Origin: an uncultured bacterium
GTDB taxonomy: Bacteria > Zixibacteria > MSB-5A5 > UBA10806
DNA length: 64,000 bases
NCBI GenBank assembly: GCA_965541585.1
Contig: CBEUCH010000008.1
Coordinates: forward strand, 1 to 64,000
Reading direction: 5' to 3'
Positions 28,469 to 37,384 of the stretch are shown here, piece after piece (position 1 is the stretch's first letter; the number at the start of each line of letters is the position of its first letter). The translations under genes and the position numbers were made by a program. The notes below the pieces were generated by a model. The model did no database searches, had not been told where the DNA came from, and was given only the letters and a program-made list of their open reading frames with translations.

Positions 28469-29135
28469 TTGACAACTCCTTGTCTGATTCGGCGATATCA
28501 ACTGCCAGTTTATTAATCCAGAAAAACAGACCTACATGCGCCAGTACCGATGGTATCAAAACGATAGCGGTCCTAAGAGAGAATGTTATTATTGACCCCT
28601 CGCTGGCGCCGGTCGGTTTTGGGGCTCCGGGGTGCAGACCCGGCATGATTCTCGGCATTATGAAGATAAAGAATATGGTGGCCACGAATCCGAACAGGGA
28701 ATAAACCGCCGAAAGGTTGGCTTTCTGATCCGGATCGGCAACTGCCGAACGAAGGGCGAAGTAAGCGGCATACACCAAAAGTAACATGAATATCGACGTC
28801 TCACGGGGATCCCAGTTCCAGTAAGATCCCCATGTATTTTTGGCGAAAATCGATCCCGATACTGCGGCCAGGATGCAAAAGATTATACCTAATTTTGCAG
28901 CCGATACTTCCCTTAAATCGTATTTTAAGTTCCTGGTCGAAAGATATCTGATTGAGAAATACAACGCCGTGCCGAACGCAACAACCGTTCCGATAGCCAT
29001 AGGAAAATGAAAATAGATTATCCTGAAAACCTCGGGATTGTCCCTGACAGGCGTGGGGGGAGGGAAGATCCAGGCCCCAAGGCAAACCCAGGCGATGACT
29101 ACCAGTATCAAAATCTTCCACCACATTTTCAACAT
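28461..29135 (-). CDS. ccmC: Heme exporter CcmC
   Basis: RIIYFHFP, WGSYWNWDPRET (WWD domain), LHP. Confidence 0.93.
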   Translation of the reverse strand: MLKMWWKILILVVIAWVCLGAWIFPPPTPVRDNPEVFRIIYFHFPMAIGTVVAFGTALYFSIRYLSTRNLKYDLREVSAAKLGIIFCILAAVSGSIFAKNTWGSYWNWDPRETSIFMLLLVYAAYFALRSAVADPDQKANLSAVYSLFGFVATIFFIFIMPRIMPGLHPGAPKPTGASEGSIITFSLRTAIVLIPSVLAHVGLFFWINKLAVDIAESDKELSNG

Positions 29136-29261
29136 CTCTTAATCAAATTCGTTCGCATTTTGTTTCGAAGAACTAATAATATTCACCTGAATATGTCAAT
29201 CTTATATTCTTCGAAAGTAGCATTCCAACTCTTTATTTTTCAAGGTGTTAACTCACGTTTG

Positions 29262-29954
29262 TCAGTCATTCCAGACCGAGTCGAACAGCAAAAATCCTAA
29301 AACAATCATGACAACCAGGTAGGAGGCCAGGACCTGAATCTCCATTCTGGCGGCGACAAAAGTAATATCAGGTGTCAGGGCCTTCCTGGTGCCGGAGATT
29401 GCCATCATCAAAACCGGCAGAAGAAGAGGGAAGGATAATACCGCAAACAAGGCGCCTTTCACCGATGCTTTCGAGATAATAGCGGCCACGAGAGTGGTGG
29501 TTCCTACCATCCCCAGCGAGCCAAGCAGAATTACCGAGAGGAAAAGGGGATAGTTTGCGATCTCCAGACCCAGAAATATGGAAAACAAGGGAATGGTAAT
29601 CAGATTCATCACCGCCAGCAGCATGAGATTAAATATCAGTTTCCCGCCGAACACGGCCCCGGCAGGACAATATAGACGCAGGGCCACGGCGGTTCTGGAT
29701 TCCTCCTCCTTGATGAAACTTTGAGCCAGCCCGGAGAGAGATGAAAAATATATCACGATCCAGAGCAGTGATGCCTGAAGGATGGTTTCTGTCAGGCCGC
29801 CGGTACTGGCCATAGCGAACGAAACCGCAAAGACCGTAACAACCGCGAACAGCAATATGGCATTTATGGCATACCTGGTGCGAAGCTCGCTTTTGATATC
29901 CTTCAGGAAAACGGCAAACGATTTACTAACCGAGCCTGATGATTTCGTCTCCAT
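29262..29954 (-). CDS. ccmB: Heme exporter permease CcmB
   Basis: KD.KSELR; F..EEE; six TMs; LF.VL.FPLLLPVL. Confidence 0.9.
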   Translation of the reverse strand: METKSSGSVSKSFAVFLKDIKSELRTRYAINAILLFAVVTVFAVSFAMASTGGLTETILQASLLWIVIYFSSLSGLAQSFIKEEESRTAVALRLYCPAGAVFGGKLIFNLMLLAVMNLITIPLFSIFLGLEIANYPLFLSVILLGSLGMVGTTTLVAAIISKASVKGALFAVLSFPLLLPVLMMAISGTRKALTPDITFVAARMEIQVLASYLVVMIVLGFLLFDSVWND

Positions 29955-30549
29955 ACCTCAATTCCGTCTGTTCGTTAGTGGCTATTACGACAACACCATT
30001 ATGCGATTCTATGATATCGCTGATAAGGCCTTTGCCTTCATCATCGAGATTGGCGGTCGGTTCGTCCAGGAGCAGGAGCTCCGGGTCGCGCAGGAGGGCC
30101 AGGCAATACTTCAGGCGCTGTTTCATCCCCGATGAATAAGATCCGACCAGATCCCGTCCTCTCCTATGCAAACCGACTCGATCAAGCTTTGCAGACAATA
30201 TATCGATTGAGAAATGCAGCCCCGCAACTCCCGCAAAAAACATCAGGTTTTCGAAAGCCGTCAACTCGTCATAGAGAACCAGATCGGGGGAGACGAGACC
30301 GATATGCGGCCTGATTTCCAGACGACCCAGATTTCGATCTTCAATCTTAAACGTCACTTTACCTGCCGTAGGCCTGACGAATCCACAGATGATTCTCATC
30401 AAAGTAGACTTGCCGGAGCCGTTAGGACCGGTTATCACCAGCCGCTTGCCCTCATTTATTTCTACGCTTATACCTGAAAAAACGGGCCGGCCGGGATAAG
30501 TTTTGGCCAGCCCGTCAAGAATCAATCGCAAACCCATCTCAAGACGCAA
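29926..30549 (-). CDS. ccmA: Heme ABC exporter ATPase CcmA
   Basis: GPNGSGKST, YSSGMKQR, LLLDEPT; adjacent to ccmB. Confidence 0.9.
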   Translation of the reverse strand: MRLEMGLRLILDGLAKTYPGRPVFSGISVEINEGKRLVITGPNGSGKSTLMRIICGFVRPTAGKVTFKIEDRNLGRLEIRPHIGLVSPDLVLYDELTAFENLMFFAGVAGLHFSIDILSAKLDRVGLHRRGRDLVGSYSSGMKQRLKYCLALLRDPELLLLDEPTANLDDEGKGLISDIIESHNGVVVIATNEQTELRYGDEIIRLG

Positions 30550-30628
30550 ATAAACAGATCAGGGTTTCTATTTCAAGCAAAATTCTTCACTGATGGTGTT
30601 GGTGGTAACATCCGACACCAGGATGATC

Positions 30629-31675
30629 TTATTCCACGGCGTCGTGGCAATAGCCGCAGAATCCAACTCCGGCGCTCTGCGTGTTTGCGTGGCAGGAGAA
30701 GCACTGGAATGCCGGATCGTCATGCCAGGGCCCATGTCCCAGATCGTCTATGAATCCCGGGTGTATTGAAACATCCGTACCCTGTATGCCGTCATTGTCA
30801 AGATGGCAGCCGGATCGGGCACACGTTGGCGAGTCGGTGGAGTGGCAGGCAGCGCAGCTTTCGATATCGTTTTCTGCCGCCTCACCATGTTCAAAGAGCC
30901 AGCCGGCCCTTATGTGGCTCAGGGGTCTATCGGCCTCTACCAGATGGCAGACTGCGCAGAATGTCTGAGCCTCATGGCAGCTCTGACACTCATGCTCCTT
31001 ACCGTTGGCCTCGAGACCATGCGTAAAACGGTAGTTCAGATCGTGGACGTTTTCAACAAGGTTATCGCCCGCATGGCATTCGCTGCAGAAGGTTTCCGAA
31101 TGATGGCAGGAAGCACAATTTTCCCCTCCAAGTTCGGCGGAGAACTTATGTTCATGTTTGAATCCGGGCTCATGAAACAGCGGGCGAACCTCATCCTCGC
31201 GGAGATGGCATGTGGTGCATCTGGACGGGGCAGTAACGCCGTCGTGACAGCGAAAACATGCCTGGGCGTCCTGCATAGATGGGTAATTCGTGGAATTCAA
31301 TGGAGCTCTTTGCCTGTCGACAGCGGCATGACAAGAAAGACATAACTCATCGGTAACCGGGGGTACCATATGAGCTTCATGCGAAAAGACGATTGTCCGC
31401 TCCGGCAGGGTGATCCCTGAAGGTTCGGTGGGTACATTATGACAGACGGTACAGTCATCGGGAGATTCTATCATGGCGTGACATTCTTCGCAGTTTTTAT
31501 GTGTGGGGGTGTTCTTGTCTTCGGCAACCTTGCTGGTCGCGGAAGTATGACAGGAGGTGCAGCTGATCTCTCGCTCAGAGAAATGCGCTTCATGGTCGAA
31601 TCTGATACCCAACTCCGCCGGCTCGATTGCCAGAAATAATACAGCGTTGATTATATAAATGAATATTGTACTCAT
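30629..31675 (-). CDS. Multiheme cytochrome c (13 CxxCH + 1 CxxxxCH)
   Basis: CTSCH, CEECH, CTVCH, CLSCH, CFRCH, CTTCH, CASCH, CSECH, CQSCH, CAVCH, CAACH, CARSGCH, CFSCH, CGYCH; FDH..H and FSH..H c7-like modules. Confidence 0.95.
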   Translation of the reverse strand: MSTIFIYIINAVLFLAIEPAELGIRFDHEAHFSEREISCTSCHTSATSKVAEDKNTPTHKNCEECHAMIESPDDCTVCHNVPTEPSGITLPERTIVFSHEAHMVPPVTDELCLSCHAAVDRQRAPLNSTNYPSMQDAQACFRCHDGVTAPSRCTTCHLREDEVRPLFHEPGFKHEHKFSAELGGENCASCHHSETFCSECHAGDNLVENVHDLNYRFTHGLEANGKEHECQSCHEAQTFCAVCHLVEADRPLSHIRAGWLFEHGEAAENDIESCAACHSTDSPTCARSGCHLDNDGIQGTDVSIHPGFIDDLGHGPWHDDPAFQCFSCHANTQSAGVGFCGYCHDAVE

Positions 31676-32925
31676 CTTGCCACACCTCTTTCCTTGTCGC
31701 CTGAGTGCTCTTCAGAGATAAAGCTGTAAGCCGCCTTGATATAGAACCTGGTATCGTATTCATACTGGATATTCGACAGGATTTGCATCTCAGCCCTGGC
31801 GTCGAGACCGGTGAAAATCTCATATTTTCCGCCTATGGTCGTAGAGAATGATGAATTTGAGTTTCCCTGGTCGCTATCGAGCTTGTAATTGTACATATCG
31901 GCCCTGGCGTAAAGCACTGTGTGGCTATTCATTTGACGATTTACAAAGCCGTAGACGCCCAATCTCGCCCCACCGTAACCATCGGCAAAAACCACTCCTG
32001 CGGATTGACCTTTGTAAGAGACGCCTAATCTGGTATTCATATGGTTGTCATCGTTGTATTTGGTGTAGGAGATCGATCCCAGGGCATAAACGGCGGGCCT
32101 GATCCTGTATGCCGGGTTTAATCGCACCTGATGATACGGCCTGGATTTGAACACCGAGAAAATGTTACTCTGGCCAAATGAGGGTTTACGATACGTGTAT
32201 TCAAGCCTGACAGAATGCCCGGCTATCAGCTTATAGCGCGGCCTGATGCTGAAAAGCTTCATTCTTTCAAGCAGCATATCATAGTCGAGGCGTAATTCAG
32301 TTAAGAACTGGTGCCTTTTGAAGCGGACATCGAGACCGGCGAGTCTGGAATCCAAATTATCCTGGAATCCTCTTTCCAGATATGAAAAGTTCAGCTTTAA
32401 GTTACTGCTGGCGCCGATCTGAAGCCTGCCGCCCCAGGCGTTGGCATCTTTCCATTCATTAATTTCGTCGTAGTTGAAAAACGATGGTCCGGGAGTAGTA
32501 CCGACAAATCCAACTAACGAAAGCCACCGCCTGTGGCCGAATCTAATTCTGATTCCATCCATAGTCAGGGAGCTCAGACCCTCATAGAGGAATTGTCTTC
32601 CGGCTCGAAAGGAGGCGATTTTTCTTTTGCATGTATATTGCAGGTATGCGCCGTAAACCCGAAATTCCGGATCGTTTGTAAGTTTGTTAGAGATGTCCGA
32701 TGCGATTCGACCGCGAACGTAAAAAGACAGCCCCGGCGTCAGAGCATCTTTAATATCCAGCCGGAGCCCCTGTTGTGATCTGATCTGCGATTCGTCCTCC
32801 GGCAACCTCACACGGTACGAGTAAAATTCTGTAAATAAATTACCGCTTACTACTGTCGCTGCCGATGGTGCCCAGGCCGCGCTGACAAAAACCCCGATCA
32901 TTATTAAGGTAATTGTTTTTCTCAA
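31672..32925 (-). CDS. Outer-membrane beta-barrel (porin-like) protein
   Basis: RBS GGAGGG + TTG; signal peptide; alternating strands, GRQF motif, last strand RFYIKAAYSF; stop overlaps the cytochrome start (ATGA). Confidence 0.8.
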   Translation of the reverse strand: MRKTITLIMIGVFVSAAWAPSAATVVSGNLFTEFYSYRVRLPEDESQIRSQQGLRLDIKDALTPGLSFYVRGRIASDISNKLTNDPEFRVYGAYLQYTCKRKIASFRAGRQFLYEGLSSLTMDGIRIRFGHRRWLSLVGFVGTTPGPSFFNYDEINEWKDANAWGGRLQIGASSNLKLNFSYLERGFQDNLDSRLAGLDVRFKRHQFLTELRLDYDMLLERMKLFSIRPRYKLIAGHSVRLEYTYRKPSFGQSNIFSVFKSRPYHQVRLNPAYRIRPAVYALGSISYTKYNDDNHMNTRLGVSYKGQSAGVVFADGYGGARLGVYGFVNRQMNSHTVLYARADMYNYKLDSDQGNSNSSFSTTIGGKYEIFTGLDARAEMQILSNIQYEYDTRFYIKAAYSFISEEHSGDKERGVAR

Positions 32926-33103
32926 AATCCCTCCTGCATTATTGACGTATGTATAACACATGCATATGATCCTGCCAATCAATATTTTTTCTACTGAATC
33001 AATTGGGCAATTCTTATATGAAATAAAAACTATTATGAATTATGAATGCATGGGTTGTTACATAGATTGAGATCAGCTATCTTGAGGATAGCCCGACGCG
33101 AAG

Positions 33104-33808
33104 CTAACTAATTATGGAGGCCAGGCGTCCCCAGCGAACGCGATCCGGCAGATGGTAGATATTGTAGGCTATGCTCTTGATGTAGGATAGAGGATCTGTC
33201 GATGAGACCCGGGGAGCGTTATCATCCGGCGCCCAGGACCAGTGGATAATCATGGCCTTGCCCAGAACAAGATCGCGGTCGAGGAAACCCCAGAAACGAG
33301 AATCGGAGGAATTGTCACGATTGTCGCCCATCATAAACATCATTCCTTCGGGGACTTCAATTTCAGGCATGTTGTCGCTTCTATATTGTCCCCACCTTCC
33401 GTTATCGTAAAACGGAATAATCTCCCGATTTGAGAATTGACCGTGTTCTGGAAGAGGTACAGGTTTACCATCGACATAAAGCTGTTTATTTTCAATTTTT
33501 ATCTTCTGGCCTTCAGTGGCTACACAGCGCTTTATATAATTTTGCGATTGATTCAACGGGAATTTGAAAATAACGATATCCCCGGGTTTGGGATCGGCCA
33601 GGGCGGGAAGCTTGATATCCACGAACGGGATGGGCAGCCGCATACCGTAGATGAACTTGTTGGCGAGGAGAAAATCGCCCACCAGGAGGGTTTCCTCCAT
33701 GGAGCTGGATGGTATCTTGTACGCCTCCACCACCGATGTTTTTATCATCAGCGCCAGTATCAGGGCTACGCCCAGTGACTTCGTCCAATCCCATGCCGTT
33801 TTTAACAC
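33104..33808 (-). CDS. lepB: Signal peptidase I
   Basis: IPSSSMEETL..GD, YIKRC, GDNRDNSSDSRFWG. Confidence 0.96.
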   Translation of the reverse strand: MLKTAWDWTKSLGVALILALMIKTSVVEAYKIPSSSMEETLLVGDFLLANKFIYGMRLPIPFVDIKLPALADPKPGDIVIFKFPLNQSQNYIKRCVATEGQKIKIENKQLYVDGKPVPLPEHGQFSNREIIPFYDNGRWGQYRSDNMPEIEVPEGMMFMMGDNRDNSSDSRFWGFLDRDLVLGKAMIIHWSWAPDDNAPRVSSTDPLSYIKSIAYNIYHLPDRVRWGRLASIIS

Positions 33809-34017
33809 CTTTTATCCTCCCGGGAAAAAGGTTAGCTTTTCGAGAAAAACATCATCTGCAAAATTGCTTTTGCACTTTCTTTACCTATTAAGACGGCCAA
33901 ATGTTCCATGAATCTACCAAACGATATTGAAAAAGTCAACCGGAGAAAACCTTCTGAAACGATCGCAGACTGTTGATTCGATATCAAGAGCAGTTTAGCG
34001 TGAGGCATGATTTGACC

Positions 34018-34046
34018 TTGAAACCGCGGGTCGATTTAGTTATAAT
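34018..34046 (+). promoter_or_regulatory. sigma70 promoter of efp
   Basis: TTGAAA-N17-TATAAT. Confidence 0.7.
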
Positions 34047-34069
34047 CCTCCGGTAGTAACGGAGGTAGA

Positions 34070-34630
34070 ATGTTAAGCACGAGCGATTTCAGGAAGGGAA
34101 TGAAACTGGCAATAGAGGGGGAGCTTTTTATCATTGTTGATTTTCAGCATGCCAGAACCGCCCAGCGACGGGCCAATGTCTGGACGAAGCTGAAAAACTT
34201 AAGATCAGGCCAAGTAATTGAAAGATCTTATTCCGCGGGCGAGAGTTTTGACGAGCCGGATTTCAGCGAACGGCCCATGCAATATCTATATAATGACGGC
34301 GAGATGTTCCATTTCATGGATTCCAAATCTTACGAGCAGACGGCGCTCACAGCAGAGCAGATAGGCAATTCCAAAGGGTACCTCCAGGAGAATATCGAAT
34401 ACAGGATTCTCTCATTCGAGGGTAATCCCATTTCCATCAATCTTCCGCCGGCTGTTATCCTCAAGGTCGTGGAAGCCGAGCCGGGAGTAAAGGGGGATTC
34501 GGTTTCTAATTTGACGAAAAATGCCGTGGTGGAAACCGGACTGCAGGTTAAAGTCCCTCTTTTTATCAAGATCGGCGAGACCATCAAGATAGATACATCC
34601 AACGGCAAATATCTGGAGCGGGCCAACTAA
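34070..34630 (+). CDS. efp: Translation elongation factor P (non-canonical tip loop)
   Basis: DFRKG, MQYLY.DG, FMD..SYEQ, EPGVKGD, ETG..VKVPLFI, Y.ERA. Confidence 0.95.
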   Translation: MLSTSDFRKGMKLAIEGELFIIVDFQHARTAQRRANVWTKLKNLRSGQVIERSYSAGESFDEPDFSERPMQYLYNDGEMFHFMDSKSYEQTALTAEQIGNSKGYLQENIEYRILSFEGNPISINLPPAVILKVVEAEPGVKGDSVSNLTKNAVVETGLQVKVPLFIKIGETIKIDTSNGKYLERAN

Positions 34631-34644
34631 ATCAAGCTATAGGA

Positions 34645-35307
34645 TTGGGACTGCAGGAGGATCTATTACTGGGGGAGGCTTCGGGCCTGATCGGCATCGA
34701 TGAGGCCGGAAAAGGAGACTATTTCGGTCCCCTGGTGATCGCCGGATGCTACTCTAATGGTGAGATCGATTCGGAATTCGAGGAATTCGGTCTGCTCGAA
34801 AGCAAGAGGGTCTCCGATAAGCGCACGTTTGCGCTGGAGACGCAGATAAAGAGAGTCGCCCCGTTCGCGGTGGTGGCTATCGGCCCGGAAAAATACAACC
34901 AGCTCTATTCCAAGATCCGCAATCTTAACAAACTACTGGCATGGGGGCATGCCAGAGCCCTTGAAAATCTCATGGGAAAAGTGAATCCCCTGGAGGCAAT
35001 TGCAGATCAGTTCGGCGATAAGAGATTTGTCGAGAATGCCCTGATGCGGCGGGGAAAGGGGATAAAACTCATTCAGAGACCCAGAGCGGAAAACGTCCCG
35101 GCGGTAGCGGCGGCTTCAATCTTAGCCCGGGCGGAATTCCTGCGCCGGCTCGATGGATTGTCGAAAGAGCATTCAGTCAAGCTGCCAAAGGGAGCCGGGT
35201 CGCCGGTCGACATAGCGGCCCGAGAGTTCGTCTCCGCAAAGGGCAGCGAGGAGCTTAGCAAGGTTGCCAAAATCCACTTCAAAAACACCAAGAGAATCCT
35301 CGGTTGA
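34645..35307 (+). CDS. rnhC: Ribonuclease HIII (compact, no N-terminal TBP-like domain)
   Basis: IGIDEAGKGDYFGPLV, YN.LY, NLNKLLAWGH, DQF, VAAASILAR, LPKGAG, KIHFKNT. Confidence 0.88.
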   Translation: MGLQEDLLLGEASGLIGIDEAGKGDYFGPLVIAGCYSNGEIDSEFEEFGLLESKRVSDKRTFALETQIKRVAPFAVVAIGPEKYNQLYSKIRNLNKLLAWGHARALENLMGKVNPLEAIADQFGDKRFVENALMRRGKGIKLIQRPRAENVPAVAAASILARAEFLRRLDGLSKEHSVKLPKGAGSPVDIAAREFVSAKGSEELSKVAKIHFKNTKRILG

Positions 35308-36151
35308 ATCAAATCTAAAGGCCATTCTGGATAACAGGGTCGACGGGGCATCATTCATAGCAGATGCCGTTTTCGAATTGTTCAATTCCATAATCGAGGA
35401 CTCCGGTGAGCGTTGGGTAAAGCAGGTGAAGAGAGCCTGCAGGCTCGTAGGGGACCGTTTCTCGCAGATGGCAAATGTTGCCACGCTGCTTGATTTTGTC
35501 GAGAGATCAATTGAATCCGCTCCCGTTGATCTTAATATCGCGCTGGCCGAATTCCGCAAGGAAATCGATGATAACAGAAGACTGACCCTTATGACGGCAG
35601 CAAATGCCCTGTCAAGATACAGGACAATATTCACACTCTCGAACTCCGCCATAATCGGGAGGGCCACGATCTTAGCGAAAAAAAAGGGCTGGAGCGGCGC
35701 GGTCAATATAATAGAATCGCGTCCCGGAAATGAGGGTGTCGCACTTGCCGAAACGCTGGCGAAGGCCGGGATATCCACAACGCTTGCAGTTGATACTGCT
35801 CTGCCTCAACTTGTAAAAGGCGATGGGGCGGTTTTCATCGGGGCTGACGCGGTGACGCAGACCTATTTTGTCAACAAGATCGGCTCGCAGATGGCAGTCG
35901 ATTATGCGCGGCGTTATAATAAGCCGGTTTTCGTGGCGACCGATATCAGCAAGTTCATATCGAATGCAAGATATAAGTTTATCCCTGACAGAAATCCGGC
36001 CACTGAAATTACCGGATCCAGAAGGAAGCACCTGATTATCATAAACAGCTATTTCGAGAAAGTGAAGCCGGCCGGAAGATTTCATTATATCTGCGGGCGA
36101 GATATATTCTCTCCGGGCGGCGTCAAAAACATCTTGAAACATCGATCATAG
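35264..36151 (+). CDS. eIF-2B alpha/beta/delta-family protein
   Basis: TLSNS, ESRPGNEG, IGADAV, NKIGS, YFE; start uncertain. Confidence 0.85.
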   Translation: MPKSTSKTPRESSVESNLKAILDNRVDGASFIADAVFELFNSIIEDSGERWVKQVKRACRLVGDRFSQMANVATLLDFVERSIESAPVDLNIALAEFRKEIDDNRRLTLMTAANALSRYRTIFTLSNSAIIGRATILAKKKGWSGAVNIIESRPGNEGVALAETLAKAGISTTLAVDTALPQLVKGDGAVFIGADAVTQTYFVNKIGSQMAVDYARRYNKPVFVATDISKFISNARYKFIPDRNPATEITGSRRKHLIIINSYFEKVKPAGRFHYICGRDIFSPGGVKNILKHRS

Positions 36152-36211
36152 ATTGCTAAACTTATTATAAGAAATATAATTTTAATGAATCGTCACCGGG
36201 GGTGAACTGCC

Positions 36212-37384
36212 ATGGCAACTCGCTCGACAAAGACAACCATAAACCGCAGACGATTTCTGCGGGCAACCGGGGCGTGTGTTGGTTGCAGCCTGCTGCCGAT
36301 AAGTTCGCCGATCTCGATCCCGTGGCTGCCGGAGTCTTCAGGCGATGCGATTGCATCCGGTATCGATCCCTCGATTCTGCACAAAGCGGAATACTACAAG
36401 AAGCTGGAGGATCGCGAGATAGAATGTGAGCTTTGCCCCCGCAAGTGTCCGGTGGGCGATAAGGAGAGAGGATACTGCGGGGTGAGGGAGAATGTCGACG
36501 GCGAATATTATACTCTCGTTTACAGCAATCCCTGCTCGGCCAATATAGACCCCATCGAGAAAAAGCCGCTGTTTCACTACCTGCCCGGCAGCTTTGCATT
36601 TTCGATAGCGACCGCGGGCTGCAACCTCAACTGCAAGTTCTGCCAGAACTGGCAAATCTCGCAGTTTCGACCTGAGCAGATAAATAACATGAGTCTCTCT
36701 CCATCCGATATTACGGATCAGGCATCACGGTATGATTGCAGATCGATCGCTTATACCTATTCGGAGCCGGTTATTTTCTACGAATATATGAGAGACTGTG
36801 CCATAGCGGGTAAGGAGAAAGAGATCGGCTCCGTGATGATATCGGCCGGTTACATACAGCCCGAACCGCTCGAAAAGCTATTGCCGTATCTGGCGGCCGT
36901 AAAAATAGATTTAAAGGCATTCAGGGAAAGTTACTATGCCGATATCTGTAGCGGAAAACTCAAACCGGTCCTGGATACGCTTTTAATCCTGAAGAAATCC
37001 GGAATCTGGCTTGAGATAGTTTATCTGATGCTGCCGACCTTGAATGATGATCCTGCGGAGATTCGGGATCTCTGCCGGTGGATAATGGATGAGTTGGGTC
37101 CCGATGTCCCGATTCATTTCACACGATTTCATCCTAATTATCTATTAACGAACCTGCCGGCGACACCTGTAAAGAGCCTGGAGATGGCCCATGAGATAGC
37201 GGGAGAGGCGGGGATCAATTTTCCGTATATAGGCAACGTGTATGGCCACGATGCGGAAAACACCTATTGCCCGGGATGCGGAGAGATTATAATCAAGAGG
37301 CGTGGATATCAGATAGAAAACATCTCTTTAGACAAGGGAACCTGCAGTCATTGCAAGCGAATCATTCCCGGCGTCTGGTCGTGA
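36212..37384 (+). CDS. amrS: AmmeMemoRadiSam system radical SAM enzyme with twin-arginine N-terminus
   Basis: CELCPRKC, DPIEKKPLFH, GCNLNCKFCQNW (CxxxCxxC), TYSEP, FHP.Y, Y.GNV, CPGC; NRRRFL. Confidence 0.92.
   Translation: MATRSTKTTINRRRFLRATGACVGCSLLPISSPISIPWLPESSGDAIASGIDPSILHKAEYYKKLEDREIECELCPRKCPVGDKERGYCGVRENVDGEYYTLVYSNPCSANIDPIEKKPLFHYLPGSFAFSIATAGCNLNCKFCQNWQISQFRPEQINNMSLSPSDITDQASRYDCRSIAYTYSEPVIFYEYMRDCAIAGKEKEIGSVMISAGYIQPEPLEKLLPYLAAVKIDLKAFRESYYADICSGKLKPVLDTLLILKKSGIWLEIVYLMLPTLNDDPAEIRDLCRWIMDELGPDVPIHFTRFHPNYLLTNLPATPVKSLEMAHEIAGEAGINFPYIGNVYGHDAENTYCPGCGEIIIKRRGYQIENISLDKGTCSHCKRIIPGVWS

Noticed and set aside
32961..32977. Possible sigma54 promoter before the porin gene (minus strand TGGCAGG...TGC)
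   Set aside because: GG-to-GC spacing is one base too long for the strict -24/-12 geometry.
33973..33987. FNR/CRP-like box TTGAT-TCGAT-ATCAA
   Set aside because: Spacer is 5 nt rather than the required 4.
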